Shown: positions 52,246 through 62,025, counted from the first letter of the stretch. The stretch is DNA of 64,000 nucleotides from Nannocystis sp. RBIL2 (GCF_026626745.1 NZ_JAPNJW010000001.1:972311-1036310), one strand, 5' to 3'. Numbers and translations are program-made. Notes: generated by a model not told the origin, from the letters alone.

Positions 52246-52982
52246 GGACCTGGCTCTTGGGGCCGGCGTGCGTCCTGCCCGCGGGCGGCGCCACCGGCCT
52301 CGAGCTGACGTGGACCGCGCGCGAGGCCAACGCGGTCGACGGCCCCGAGGCTCGCCGGGTGCGCACCTGCGAGGGTGCGGGTCTGTCCGGCGTGACCGTG
52401 CGGGTGATCGACGCCGGGGACCCCGCGCGCGACCGCGTGTTCGCGTACGCGTGTGAGACCGGCAACATGTCGCCGGCGGCGCGGGCCGTCGAGGCGGCGG
52501 AGATCTTCCTCGACCTCCGCCCTGGCACCTACGCCCTGACGGCCAGCGGCCGGGCCGCCGAGGAGGTGCCGCTGGTCGCCGCGGCGGCCGTCGGCGAGGT
52601 CGAGAGCCACGCGATCACTGCGGTCGACCTCGAGCTGGAGCGCGCCCCGCAGCCGCTCGACCTCGCGTTGACCGGCGCCTGCAGCGACCTCGTGGTCGCG
52701 CTGCGCTACGCCGACCCCGCGGCCGACCTGTTCCTCGCCGAGGCCGACGAGCCGCCGGCGCTGTACCGCCAGAACTTGAGCAGCGACCGCGGCCTGCGCC
52801 TCGGCGGCCAGGAGCAGGCTTGCGCCGGCCTCCAGGGCGCGCACCGCGTCGCCGACGTCGACCCCGGCCGCTATCGCCTCGACCTCGAGATCGACGGCCG
52901 CAGCTGCTCGCAGGCCGTGACAATCGAAGACTCACCCGTCCTGGTCGCCCTGGACCTTGAAAACCCCGCCTGTGACGGATAG
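52224..52982 (+). CDS. Cys-containing secreted lipoprotein (hypothetical)
   Basis: ATG at 52224 (MLRRLLLGTWLLGPAC); overlaps the previous gene by 22 nt. It is the only real part of the 1040-aa ORF 49860..52982. Confidence 0.5.
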   Translation: MLRRLLLGTWLLGPACVLPAGGATGLELTWTAREANAVDGPEARRVRTCEGAGLSGVTVRVIDAGDPARDRVFAYACETGNMSPAARAVEAAEIFLDLRPGTYALTASGRAAEEVPLVAAAAVGEVESHAITAVDLELERAPQPLDLALTGACSDLVVALRYADPAADLFLAEADEPPALYRQNLSSDRGLRLGGQEQACAGLQGAHRVADVDPGRYRLDLEIDGRSCSQAVTIEDSPVLVALDLENPACDG

Positions 52983-52992
52983 ACCGGCCCTG

Positions 52993-54345
52993 ATGCTCCG
53001 CGCCCGCCTCGCTCCCCTCGCGCTCGCGACCGTCGCCGCGGCCGGCTGCGCGGAGGACCCCAGCTTCTGGGTCCGCTGGCGCCTGCAGCCGCTCGACCAG
53101 GCCGAGGTCGGCGAGGCCACCGAGCTCGTCTCGGTCGATCAGTGCACGGAGCTCGGCATCAGCCGGATCCGCGTCAGCACCCGCGACGGGGGCAACGCCC
53201 TGCTCGACGAGCGCGAGTTCCCGTGCTTCCCCGCCGGCTTCGAAGATCGGGACGCTCGCGCGCCCGGGCCGGAAGTCGGCGCCGGCACGTACAGCGTCAC
53301 CGTCACCGCGCTCGGCCGGCGCGACGTCCAATTCTGCGCCGACGAGCCCACCAGCGTCATCGACACCGACGGCAGCGAGGTCGACTTCTCCTGCAAGAAG
53401 GTGCTCGCCTCCACCGCCCAGGACGTCGTCATCGGCGCGGCCGGCGAGGGCAAGCCGCTCGACGTCGTCATCGTCGGCGCCCCGCAGTGCAGCGACGGCA
53501 TCGACAACGACCGCGACGGCTACACCGACCTCGCCGACCCGTCCTGCGCGGGCGACCGCACCGGCCTCGAGGTCGGCGACAGCGCCGGCGCCCAGCTCGT
53601 CGTCCGTCCCGAGCTCATGAGCGGCAACCCGAGCGCCTACTGCGGCGGTCTCGGGCTCACCAACATCGAGGTGGCGATCGACGGGCCGACGGCCACGAAG
53701 CTCCGCTTCCCCTGCACGACCACCGCCCAGACCTTCACCCAGTCGCTCGATCCTGGCGACTACACCATCTCGGTCGCCGGCCTCGGCGCGAACGGCAAGA
53801 AGCTCGCCGAGCCCGCGCTCGACGCCGACGTCACGTCCTTCACTCTGGCGCCGGAGGGCTTCCGGAGCGTCGACCTGCTCGCCGACTTCACGATCGCCAG
53901 CTTCCTCGCGCCGATCGAGGCCGGCTTCTCGTTCTCGCTGGCGCTCCTCAGCGGCCCCGACGAGCTGCCCTTCACGACATGCACTCCGGAGCCGGGCCTC
54001 GTGATCGACCGCGCGCGGATCACCGTCCTCGACGCCGACCTCCAGGTCGTCCCGACGGCTGCGCTGCGTGACGGCCAGAACCCGCCGATCGTGCTCGACG
54101 GCGTCACCACCGTCCCCTGCGCCGAGCTCGGCAAGATCCGCGCCGTCGAGCCCCTGGTGTGGGACGACGCGCCGATGGCCCACGAGGAGCTGTACCTGCG
54201 CATCGAGGCGTACGCCGCCGGCTCCGACGAGCCCTGCTACGGCAACGGCGACGACCCGACGCCGACCGCTCCGAACGCGAGCCTGGCCATCGAGCTGCCG
54301 CGGATCGCCTTCGACGGCGCGTGCGCCGAAATGACGGACCCATGA
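52993..54345 (+). CDS. Cys-rich secreted lipoprotein with Ca-binding-like DGIDNDRDGYTD motif
   Basis: ATG at 52993 (MLRARLAPLALATVAAAGC lipobox); CSDGIDNDRDGYTDLADPSC resembles thrombospondin type-3 / myxobacterial Cys-rich repeat Ca-binding motifs. Confidence 0.6.
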   Translation: MLRARLAPLALATVAAAGCAEDPSFWVRWRLQPLDQAEVGEATELVSVDQCTELGISRIRVSTRDGGNALLDEREFPCFPAGFEDRDARAPGPEVGAGTYSVTVTALGRRDVQFCADEPTSVIDTDGSEVDFSCKKVLASTAQDVVIGAAGEGKPLDVVIVGAPQCSDGIDNDRDGYTDLADPSCAGDRTGLEVGDSAGAQLVVRPELMSGNPSAYCGGLGLTNIEVAIDGPTATKLRFPCTTTAQTFTQSLDPGDYTISVAGLGANGKKLAEPALDADVTSFTLAPEGFRSVDLLADFTIASFLAPIEAGFSFSLALLSGPDELPFTTCTPEPGLVIDRARITVLDADLQVVPTAALRDGQNPPIVLDGVTTVPCAELGKIRAVEPLVWDDAPMAHEELYLRIEAYAAGSDEPCYGNGDDPTPTAPNASLAIELPRIAFDGACAEMTDP

Positions 54346-55163
54346 CCGACACACCCGAACAACCCGGCACTACAGCCCCGCCCGCCGCGTCGACGCCCCG
54401 CTCGGACTCGCGGCGCAAGCGTCGCGGCACCGGCCCGTTCCTCACCGCCGAGCAGGAGGTCGCGCAAGCCCAGGAGGCCGCCCGCGCGCGCAATCCGGCC
54501 CCCGCGGCGGCGCTGACGAACGAGCGACCGCTCACCCCCAAGTTCGGCCGCTACGAGCGCGCCGACTTCGAGCGCGTCGAGTCGATGCTGGGCAGCTTCG
54601 CCACCCGGCGGTTCGGTCCGTTCGTCGCCCAGGTGATGAACGGCTTCTTCGGCGGCGCCACGCCGGCCGAGAAGAACAACGCCGACCTGCGCCGCGCCGC
54701 CCAGACGTTCTGCCTGTACGGCTACCGCGACCCCAAGGGCATCCGCCTGGTCGACATGTTCACCAGCGCCGGCGTGCCGCTCGAGGGCCGCCAGCGCGCC
54801 GCCCTCGACGCCTGCCTGCAGGCGCGCCTGCTGCTGGTCGCCGTCGACGACGTGAACCCCGGCAAGCAGCGCGTGCGCGGCAAGGACCTGCTGCGCGACG
54901 AGCCCGTCACCCTCACCGACAGCAACCTGTCGCAGGCCCTGCGCCCGGGCGACCGCGTGCTGACGTGGTCGATCCCGTGGGGCACCAGCTGGCAGCCGAT
55001 CGGCGTCGGCCAGCGCCTCGAGGCCCGCCGCGCCGCCGTCCTCGACCGCGGCGTCGAGCAGCTGTGCGACAGCCTCCGCGCGGTCAAGCGCGAGCTGCCC
55101 GACCGCCACGGCCCGAACCTGTTCTGGCTGGTCCACCGGCTCGCCAACGCCCCGATCGGCTGA
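54342..55163 (+). CDS. Hypothetical cytoplasmic protein (last gene of lipoprotein operon)
   Basis: The ATG at 54342 overlaps the upstream stop (ATGA); native composition. Confidence 0.55.
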   Translation: MTDTPEQPGTTAPPAASTPRSDSRRKRRGTGPFLTAEQEVAQAQEAARARNPAPAAALTNERPLTPKFGRYERADFERVESMLGSFATRRFGPFVAQVMNGFFGGATPAEKNNADLRRAAQTFCLYGYRDPKGIRLVDMFTSAGVPLEGRQRAALDACLQARLLLVAVDDVNPGKQRVRGKDLLRDEPVTLTDSNLSQALRPGDRVLTWSIPWGTSWQPIGVGQRLEARRAAVLDRGVEQLCDSLRAVKRELPDRHGPNLFWLVHRLANAPIG

Positions 55164-55171
55164 GGCTGCCC

Positions 55172-55270
55172 CTGCGGGCATGTCCGCAGGGACATGTCCC
55201 GCAGACCATGAGTAGAAGGGCATGTCCGTGAGGACATGCCCTTCGGCGCATCGAAGGGCCTACCTCAGCG
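55172..55270. repeat. GGACATGTCC-family 14-bp phased array (6-7 units) between convergent genes
   Basis: CATG at 55189, 55203, 55217, 55231, 55245, (55259 CATC). Two perfect GGACATGTCC decamers 14 bp apart. Confidence 0.9.
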
Positions 55271-57070
55271 CCGGCGTCGACGGCCCGCCAGCAGCCCGAG
55301 CCCCGCGAGCGCCAGCAGTGCCCCGCCCGGCCCGCCGTCGCTGCGGCAACCGCAGCCGCTGGCGTCGTTCTGCCCGCCGCCGGTGGCAGAGTCGGGCCCG
55401 CTGCTGCCCGAGCTGTCGGTGTCGGTGTCGCTGCCGCTCGCGCTGGTAGTCGGCGCGCCCTCGGGGAAGCGGGGCCAGCCGTGGGCCAGGTTCCACTCCT
55501 CGATCTTCTTGTTGATCGCGGCAGTGTTGTTGACCAGGTGCATCGGCTTGCCCTTGAGCGCGACCTGCTGGACCTCCTCGGCCCACCACATCTCGCCGAT
55601 GAAGTCCGGCCACGGCCCGCCGTCGGGCACGAAGATCTCGCGCTCGTCGGGCAGCGTGACCACGCTGTTGCCGTCGCACAGGTTGTACTCGGTGGCCGAG
55701 CGGAAGCTCGGCACGTCCTGCAGGTCCGGGTTGATGTGGAAGATCGGGTCCGCGATCATCTCGTTGGGCGAGATGACCGTGTACATGCGCGTCAGGTACG
55801 GGTAGCTGTCGACCAGCTCCTGCGCGTGCTCGCCGGGCGCGATGATCCGGCTGTCGAGCCCCTGCGCGAACGCGCTGCCGTCGCCCCACGCCATCGCGTC
55901 GATCTGGTCGGCGTAGGCCGGCAGGTTCGCGTAGAACTCCTCCGCCGAGAGGCCGTCGGGCACCGGCAGGAAGTCATTGAGGAGGCTCTCGACCAGCGGG
56001 TGGTTGTAGAAGCAGAAGTCGGCGCCGAAGCAGTTGGCCAGGCCCTGGTCGTTGAGCGTGTTGATGACCTGTTCGGGCGCCAGGCCGACGAACGCCGACT
56101 CGTTCCACGACGTGCTGTAGAAGTTGAACGCGAACGGCTGGACCACGCTCGACGGCCCGGCGTACTCGGTCACGAACGCCAGGCCCTCGGCCTCGAGGTC
56201 GTCGACCGCCTTGGTGATGACGTCCTTGTAGTTGGCCGCGAACTGCAGCCAGTCGATCTTCAGCGGGTTGACGAGGACGTGGCGGTAGTTGGTCGGCGCC
56301 GCGCGGTTGTCACCGAGCACGAACACGCGGATGTCCATGTTCTCGATCGACGCGAACCGCGTCAGCCGCAGCGGGAAGCAGTTCTCGTTCGACGGGTAGC
56401 GCAGCACGATCGGGTGCACGTCGCCGCCGTCGGACCCGGCCGCCAGCTTGAGCGCGACGATCACCTGGCCCTCGTCAAGGTACTGCTGCAGCACCATCTC
56501 CGAGCCGTCGATCCACTGATAGTCGTTGTCGATCAGCCACTGCTTGATCGGCTCGATCGTCTGATCTTGCAGCACCACGATCTCGAACGCGCCCGCGGTC
56601 GTCTTGAACACCACCGGATCCTCGCCGCCGTCGCTCTCGGCGCCGCTGGTGCTGCCGCCGGCCGAGTCACCGGGGGCGCCGGTGCCCGTCGCGTTGGTCG
56701 TGATCCCGCCGGAGATGCCGTCCTCGCCGCACACCTCGAAGGTCTGCTGCAGCTGGTAGGTCGGCACCGACGAGTTCAACAGCGCGTCGAACAGCGGCTG
56801 CGAGCCGACCTCGAACTCGGGGATCTGGGCGATCGGGATCAGCCACGCGAACTTCTGCGCGTTGGTGTTGGGATCGATGCTGATCTGGATGTGGACCTCG
56901 ACCTCGTTCTGATTGAGGACGAAGAGCACGTTCTCGCCGTCCTGATTGACGGGCATCGAGTTCGGCAGGCCGCCGTCGCAGAACACGCCGCCGCACGCCT
57001 CGGCCGTCTGCGGCATCGCCAGGCTCCACGCCGCGCCCAGCGCCGCACACAACAACAGGGAAGTTCGCAT
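55265..57070 (-). CDS. Secreted protein with C-terminal MYXO-CTERM sorting signal
   Basis: C-terminus GCGCRSDGGPGGALLALAGLGLLAGRRRRR (Cys motif, Gly-rich hydrophobic helix, Arg cluster). Signal peptide MRTSLLLCAALGAAWSLA from ATG 57070. Lower GC3 than its neighbours. Confidence 0.7.
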   Translation of the reverse strand: MRTSLLLCAALGAAWSLAMPQTAEACGGVFCDGGLPNSMPVNQDGENVLFVLNQNEVEVHIQISIDPNTNAQKFAWLIPIAQIPEFEVGSQPLFDALLNSSVPTYQLQQTFEVCGEDGISGGITTNATGTGAPGDSAGGSTSGAESDGGEDPVVFKTTAGAFEIVVLQDQTIEPIKQWLIDNDYQWIDGSEMVLQQYLDEGQVIVALKLAAGSDGGDVHPIVLRYPSNENCFPLRLTRFASIENMDIRVFVLGDNRAAPTNYRHVLVNPLKIDWLQFAANYKDVITKAVDDLEAEGLAFVTEYAGPSSVVQPFAFNFYSTSWNESAFVGLAPEQVINTLNDQGLANCFGADFCFYNHPLVESLLNDFLPVPDGLSAEEFYANLPAYADQIDAMAWGDGSAFAQGLDSRIIAPGEHAQELVDSYPYLTRMYTVISPNEMIADPIFHINPDLQDVPSFRSATEYNLCDGNSVVTLPDEREIFVPDGGPWPDFIGEMWWAEEVQQVALKGKPMHLVNNTAAINKKIEEWNLAHGWPRFPEGAPTTSASGSDTDTDSSGSSGPDSATGGGQNDASGCGCRSDGGPGGALLALAGLGLLAGRRRRR

Positions 57071-57213
57071 CACCGGTCTCTGGCTCCCGCAAGTCAAACA
57101 GTCGACCACGGCAGAGTCGCACACGCCTGCGCGCGCCGCCAGGGACTGGCCATTGCGGCCCCGAGGCCACGTTGGGCCGCTGCAACACGTTGCAGCGTGC
57201 CGATAGGCGGCGC

Positions 57214-58563
57214 TCAGGTGCGGAAGGTGTAAGCCCGCTGGCCGTGGACTCGCGCGACGCCGCGCGGCCGCGGCTGCATCGCGCCGCGCAGCTCGGCCAT
57301 CATCTCGAGCGACGGGCTCGGGTCGCTCGGCGACTGCGGCGGCACCACGTCGAGGGTGAAGCGGATGTCGGGCGACGGCTCGATCGAACGCAGGTACTGC
57401 AGGCAGAACTCGCGCGCCTCGTTCTCGTCGGTGGCCAGCACGGTCAGCCCGGTGGTGTAGCCGTCGGTGTTCTCGGGCCAGTGCTCGGGCCGCTCACCGG
57501 CCTCCGCGCGGGCGACCACCGTGTACATGCTGACCTGCGGCGAGCGCCCGTGGTCGGCCTCGTTGAGACAGTCGAGGATGTGCGGCGTGATCCACTCGCG
57601 CTGGCCGGCCAGCCGCGCGACCTCGCGGGCCTCGCCCTGGCGGCCGTTCTGCCACAGCGCTTCGAAGATCTCCTCCGCGACCAGGCTGCAATAACCGAGC
57701 TGCCCGGGATCCTGGGCGTAGCGCCGCTCGAGCAGGTCGAGCGCGCCGTAGAGCAGGCCGAGCGCCTCGTCGAGGTCGCAATCGGCGGCCGACAGCCGCC
57801 AACCGCCGAGCACCGCCAGCGTGAGCGCGTTGCCCTTGTCGAGCTGGCGCGCCCGCTCGAGCGCGTTCAGGGCCTGCTCGTAGCGACCGAGGCGATAGAG
57901 CGTGATCGCCTTGTTGTACTGCGCCCCCGCGTTCTCGGGGTCGAGGCTCAGCGCGAAGTCGAAGCGATCGATCGCCTCGTCGAGGCGGTCGAGGTCGGAC
58001 AGACAGATGCCGTGCTCGACCAGGATCTCGACGTTGATCGAGTCGTCGCTGAGGTAGAGGTCGTAGATCTGTTCGGCCTCTTCGAGCCGACCCTGGCGCC
58101 GCAACAGCGCCCCGAGCGCCGCGATCGCCTCGTACATCCCGCCGTGCGGGTCGCACTCGTTGGCCCGGCGATAACAGACCTCCGCGTCCATCTCGCGCCC
58201 GAGTCGCTCGAGCACCGCGCCGAGGTTGTAGTGCTGCAGGCCGCCGCCCGGATCGTGATCGATCGCCGATTCGAACGCCTCGCGGGCCTTCTCGAGATCG
58301 CCGACCAGATCCTGCACGTTGCCCAGCGCGATCAGGACGTCGGGCTCGCGCGGGAACTCGTTCGCGGCCCTGCGGGCCAGCGTCAGCGCGTGGTCGAGTT
58401 CACCGGTCTCGCACAGCCCGCGGACCCACATGCAGTACATCCGCACGAGGTCGTCGGGCGGGAGATCGGGCTCCCAACAGCTTCGCAACAAGCGGACCGC
58501 GGAATCCGCGGCGCCCTGGTTCAGCAGGGTCGCGATCGCGTCGAGTTGGGGAAGAGAAGACAT
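57214..58563 (-). CDS. Tetratricopeptide (TPR) repeat protein
   Basis: ATG at 58563 (MSSLPQLDAIATLLNQG); multiple TPR units (AxxxYxxALxLxPxxA patterns). Confidence 0.7.
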   Translation of the reverse strand: MSSLPQLDAIATLLNQGAADSAVRLLRSCWEPDLPPDDLVRMYCMWVRGLCETGELDHALTLARRAANEFPREPDVLIALGNVQDLVGDLEKAREAFESAIDHDPGGGLQHYNLGAVLERLGREMDAEVCYRRANECDPHGGMYEAIAALGALLRRQGRLEEAEQIYDLYLSDDSINVEILVEHGICLSDLDRLDEAIDRFDFALSLDPENAGAQYNKAITLYRLGRYEQALNALERARQLDKGNALTLAVLGGWRLSAADCDLDEALGLLYGALDLLERRYAQDPGQLGYCSLVAEEIFEALWQNGRQGEAREVARLAGQREWITPHILDCLNEADHGRSPQVSMYTVVARAEAGERPEHWPENTDGYTTGLTVLATDENEAREFCLQYLRSIEPSPDIRFTLDVVPPQSPSDPSPSLEMMAELRGAMQPRPRGVARVHGQRAYTFRT

Positions 58564-58681
58564 GGGAAAGCCAGGGATTTGCCAGCCTGAAGGGCCGTGG
58601 GGATATGGTTTTTGCACGGGCCCTCGCGCTTGGCAATCCTGGGGATTTCGCCCGCTCGCTTTCTCGCCCGACCCCCGGATT

Positions 58682-59497
58682 TTACGCGCCTTCGCGTCCG
58701 CCGCGAGTGGCACCAGTGGCGGGAGAACGTCGCACATTGCGACGACCGGCGAGCCAGGCGAGCGTCCGCCGCGGCAACACGCGGGCGAGCAGCGCCACCA
58801 GAGCCGAGGCCACGCCGTCGTGCGATACGGCCCGTCCGGCCAGCGCGTCGCGCAGCGCTAGGGCCACCACCCGCTCCGGCGTCGCGGCCTCGGAGATCGG
58901 CCCACGCACGCCGGCGAGCGCGAAGAACTCGGTCGCCACCGGCCCTGGACACACTGCGCACACATCGATCCCACGCGGGCGCAGCTCCTCGCGCAGCGCA
59001 TACGCCAGAGAGATCACGAAACTCTTGCTGGCTGCATAAGCCGCGAAATAGGGCGAAGGCACATACCCCGCCGCAGATGCGACCAGCACCAGCTGCGAGC
59101 CGCGGGGCATCCAGGGCAAAATCCCGTGTGTCAGCAAGGAAAGTGCGCGAATGTTCAGGTCGAGCATGCGCGCCAGCGATTCGGCGTCCTGGTCGGCGAA
59201 TAGCCCGAGGTGCCCGACGCCGGCGCTGGCCACGAACAAGCGCACGGCAGGTCGTTCGTCTCGCACGCGCGCGAGCACGGCCTCGGTCCCGGCCGGCGTC
59301 GCCAGATCGGCCGTGATCGGCACCCCGAGCCCGCGCGGCAGCTCGCGCGCGATCGCGTGCAGGCGCTGCTCGCGGCGTGCCACGAGCCAGATCTGCGCCA
59401 GGTCGGCGAACGCCGGGTGCGCCGCGATCGCCCGCGCGAACGTCTCGCCGAGCCCCGCCGAGGCCCCCGTCACGATGGCGATCGGGCGCCCCGTCAT
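58682..59497 (-). CDS. SDR family oxidoreductase
   Basis: ATG at 59497 (MTGRPIAIVTGASAGLG = TGxxxGxG); catalytic YxxxK (YAASK). Confidence 0.7.
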   Translation of the reverse strand: MTGRPIAIVTGASAGLGETFARAIAAHPAFADLAQIWLVARREQRLHAIARELPRGLGVPITADLATPAGTEAVLARVRDERPAVRLFVASAGVGHLGLFADQDAESLARMLDLNIRALSLLTHGILPWMPRGSQLVLVASAAGYVPSPYFAAYAASKSFVISLAYALREELRPRGIDVCAVCPGPVATEFFALAGVRGPISEAATPERVVALALRDALAGRAVSHDGVASALVALLARVLPRRTLAWLAGRRNVRRSPATGATRGGREGA

Positions 59498-60681
59498 GTC
59501 AGCGCGGCGAAGCGGTCGCGGACGATCCCGAGGAACATCGCCACGCCGGTCGGGATGAGGTCGTCGTCGAAGTCGAAGTCGGGGTGGTGGCAGACCGGCG
59601 TGTCCTCGTCGCCGCGGCGGGCCCCGAGGAAGAAGTACGCCGCCGGCACCGCTTGCGCGAAGTAAGCGAAGTCTTCGCCGCCCGCGAGCGGCAGGCCCGC
59701 GTTCGACACCCGTTCGCGGCCGAGCACGGCGGCGCCGACGCGGACCACCGCGTCCACGCAGGTCGCGTCGTTCATCGTCACCGGGTAGCCGACCTCGACC
59801 TGCAGGTCGATGTCGACCGCGAACGTCGCCGCAGTGCCGCTCACCACCTCGCGCAGGCGCTCCAGCACCCGCTCGGTGGTGCTCGGATCGAACGTGCGGA
59901 TCGTGCCCTTCATGTGCGCGACGTCGGGGATCACGTTGTGCGTCGTGCCCGCCGTGAATTGCGTGATGGACACCACCGCGCCGCCGGCGTAGCCGAGCCC
60001 GCGCGACACCACGGTCTGCAGCGCAGTCACGAGGTGGGCCCCGGCGACGATCGTGTCGCGGCACAATTGCGGCTGGCTGCCGTGCCCGCCCTTGCCGCGG
60101 ATCGTGATCGCAAGCATGTGGACCTGCGCCAGCATCGGCCCGGCCTGCACGCGCAGCTCGCCTTTCGGGTACGCCGGCCAGTTGTGCAGCCCGTAGATCT
60201 CGCGCACGCCAGCCAGCGCACCCGCGTCCACCATCACCTTCGCGCCGCCGCCGCGGACCCCCTCCTCGGCTGGCTGAAAGACCAGGCGGATGTTGCCCCC
60301 GCGCACTGACTCGCGGTGGCGCGCGAGGATGTCGGCGACCCCGAGCAGGATCGCGGTGTGGCCGTCGTGGCCGCACTTGTGCGCGCGCCCGGCGTGGATC
60401 GAGCGATACGGCAGGTCGGTGTTCTCGTGCATCGGCAGGCAGTCGAGGTCGGCGCGCAGCGCGATCGTCGGCCCGCTCGAGTGCGGGTGCAGGTCGGCCA
60501 CCAGCCCCGTCTCCGCGCAATCGCGCGGCTGGTATCCGCGCTCCTCGAGCCACGCGCGGACCAGCGCCTGCGTGCGCACCTCTTCGAAGCCCAGCTCCGG
60601 GTGGCGATGGAGGTCGTGGCGGATCTCTCGCAAGCGCTCGGTGAGCGCCTCGATCTCGGCGCGCGGGTCGGTCCAGGACAT
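59494..60681 (-). CDS. M20 family amidohydrolase (N-acyl-L-amino acid amidohydrolase / hippurate hydrolase-like)
   Basis: M20D motifs (HKCGHDGH, FQPAEEG, GGHGSQPQ); overlaps the SDR start (ATGA-type coupling). Confidence 0.85.
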   Translation of the reverse strand: MSWTDPRAEIEALTERLREIRHDLHRHPELGFEEVRTQALVRAWLEERGYQPRDCAETGLVADLHPHSSGPTIALRADLDCLPMHENTDLPYRSIHAGRAHKCGHDGHTAILLGVADILARHRESVRGGNIRLVFQPAEEGVRGGGAKVMVDAGALAGVREIYGLHNWPAYPKGELRVQAGPMLAQVHMLAITIRGKGGHGSQPQLCRDTIVAGAHLVTALQTVVSRGLGYAGGAVVSITQFTAGTTHNVIPDVAHMKGTIRTFDPSTTERVLERLREVVSGTAATFAVDIDLQVEVGYPVTMNDATCVDAVVRVGAAVLGRERVSNAGLPLAGGEDFAYFAQAVPAAYFFLGARRGDEDTPVCHHPDFDFDDDLIPTGVAMFLGIVRDRFAALT

Positions 60682-60756
60682 GACGGCAAGCTAGACCATC
60701 CTCCGCGCCGACGCGACCGCTTGCCCGTCTCCGGGCTCGCGCGCATCCTGGGGTCC

Positions 60757-61287
60757 ATGAGCGGCAGCACGCCTCGCGGCCCGATTCGCAGCAAAGCCCT
60801 TGTCCTTTACGAGGGCGTGCTCACCGCCCACCGCTCCTGCGGGATCGCCCTCGCCGAGGCCTTCGATCGCCCGCCGGCCGCTTATCAATCGCTGCGGCGC
60901 GGCGGGATCACCGGCCAGGGCACTTGCGGCGCCGTCGTGGCCGGTCAGCTGTTGCTCGGTGAATTCCTCGGCGACCCCGACCCGACCGGCAAGGTCACCC
61001 CGGCCTTGCGCGCCGCCATGACCCGTTATCTCGCGCGGGTCGAGGCAGAGCTCGATCGCGGCACCAGCCCCGACCTCGTCTGCAACAACCTCACCGGCCC
61101 GCACGGCGAGTTCCTCGGTCCGGCTCGCCACGCCTTTTGCACCGCCCTGGTCGGCCAGGTCGCGCAGCTCGTCGACGACACCCTGCGCGAGCACGGCGTG
61201 GCCCACACGGCCACGCCCGTCACGCTGGCCGACGGGCGCCGGTTCGACCCGACGCTCGACCTCGAACCTGCCCCGAAGACCAGCTGA
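60757..61287 (+). CDS. C_GCAxxG_C_C family (redox-active Cys) protein
   Basis: ATG at 60757 (MSGSTPRGP); motif GTCGAVVAG; the upstream ORF part is unlikely. Confidence 0.6.
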   Translation: MSGSTPRGPIRSKALVLYEGVLTAHRSCGIALAEAFDRPPAAYQSLRRGGITGQGTCGAVVAGQLLLGEFLGDPDPTGKVTPALRAAMTRYLARVEAELDRGTSPDLVCNNLTGPHGEFLGPARHAFCTALVGQVAQLVDDTLREHGVAHTATPVTLADGRRFDPTLDLEPAPKTS

Positions 61288-61342
61288 GCGGGCGGACGGC
61301 GGGCGATTGCGCCGGCCCCGGACGTCGTGCCAACCTTGGCGC

Positions 61343-61951
61343 ATGCAAGAGCCGCAGGCCAACCTTTCGCCCCCGGGAGTGCCTCCGCAAGCGCAGCCGC
61401 CGCTCGGCTCCTCGCCGACGCAGGCCACCGAAGAGCTCTTCTTCGAGGGCATCGCCAAGCACAGCGCCAACATCGGCACCTACCTGTGGTGGGTGGGCGT
61501 GTGCATCCTCGGCGGCGGCATCGCCTACGGCCTCTTGCAGATCGAGGCGCTCCAGGGCAAGCCGATGTGGCTGCTGGCGCTGATCGGCACGCCGATGCTG
61601 CTGTGGTCGTACCTGCAGCACATCAGCACGCGCTACAAGATCTCGCGCCGGCGGGTCGAGTTCCAGAAGGGCGTCATCACCCGGCGGCTCGACTCGCTCG
61701 AGCTGTGGCGCGTGCTCGACGTGCGCTACGAGCAGAGCGTCCTCGACCGGATCTTCGACAACGCCAAGATCACCCTGATCGGCACCGACCAGACCCATCC
61801 GAACCTGCTCCTGTACGGCCTGCCCAACCACCGCCAGCTGTTCGAGCGCCTGCGCGAGGCGGTGCAGTTCGCGCGCAGCAACAACCGGCCGATGGAGCTC
61901 GCGCCGGGCGCTCACGAGGGCGGCGACGCGTTCGGTCACCACCACCACTGA
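61343..61951 (+). CDS. Bacterial PH-domain (YdbT/DUF304-like) membrane protein
   Basis: Two TM helices followed by a PH-like domain (RYKISRRRVEFQKGVITRRLDSLELWRVLDV); His-rich C-terminus. Confidence 0.6.
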   Translation: MQEPQANLSPPGVPPQAQPPLGSSPTQATEELFFEGIAKHSANIGTYLWWVGVCILGGGIAYGLLQIEALQGKPMWLLALIGTPMLLWSYLQHISTRYKISRRRVEFQKGVITRRLDSLELWRVLDVRYEQSVLDRIFDNAKITLIGTDQTHPNLLLYGLPNHRQLFERLREAVQFARSNNRPMELAPGAHEGGDAFGHHHH

Positions 61952-62025
61952 GCCGCGCATCTTCGCGCCGCGCGGGTCGGACGGCCGCCGGTCCCCGGAA
62001 CTCGCTTGCGGTATTCTCGCCGACG

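Noticed and set aside
49860-52982. 1040-aa plus-strand ORF
   Set aside because: Mostly antisense to tolA/tolR/tolQ. Only the last 253 aa (from ATG 52224) form a plausible lipoprotein.
55172-55270. GGACATGTCC equals the canonical eukaryotic p53 half-site (RRRCWWGYYY)
   Set aside because: Coincidental in a bacterial genome. There is no p53-family protein in bacteria. Noted only because the decamer is identical.
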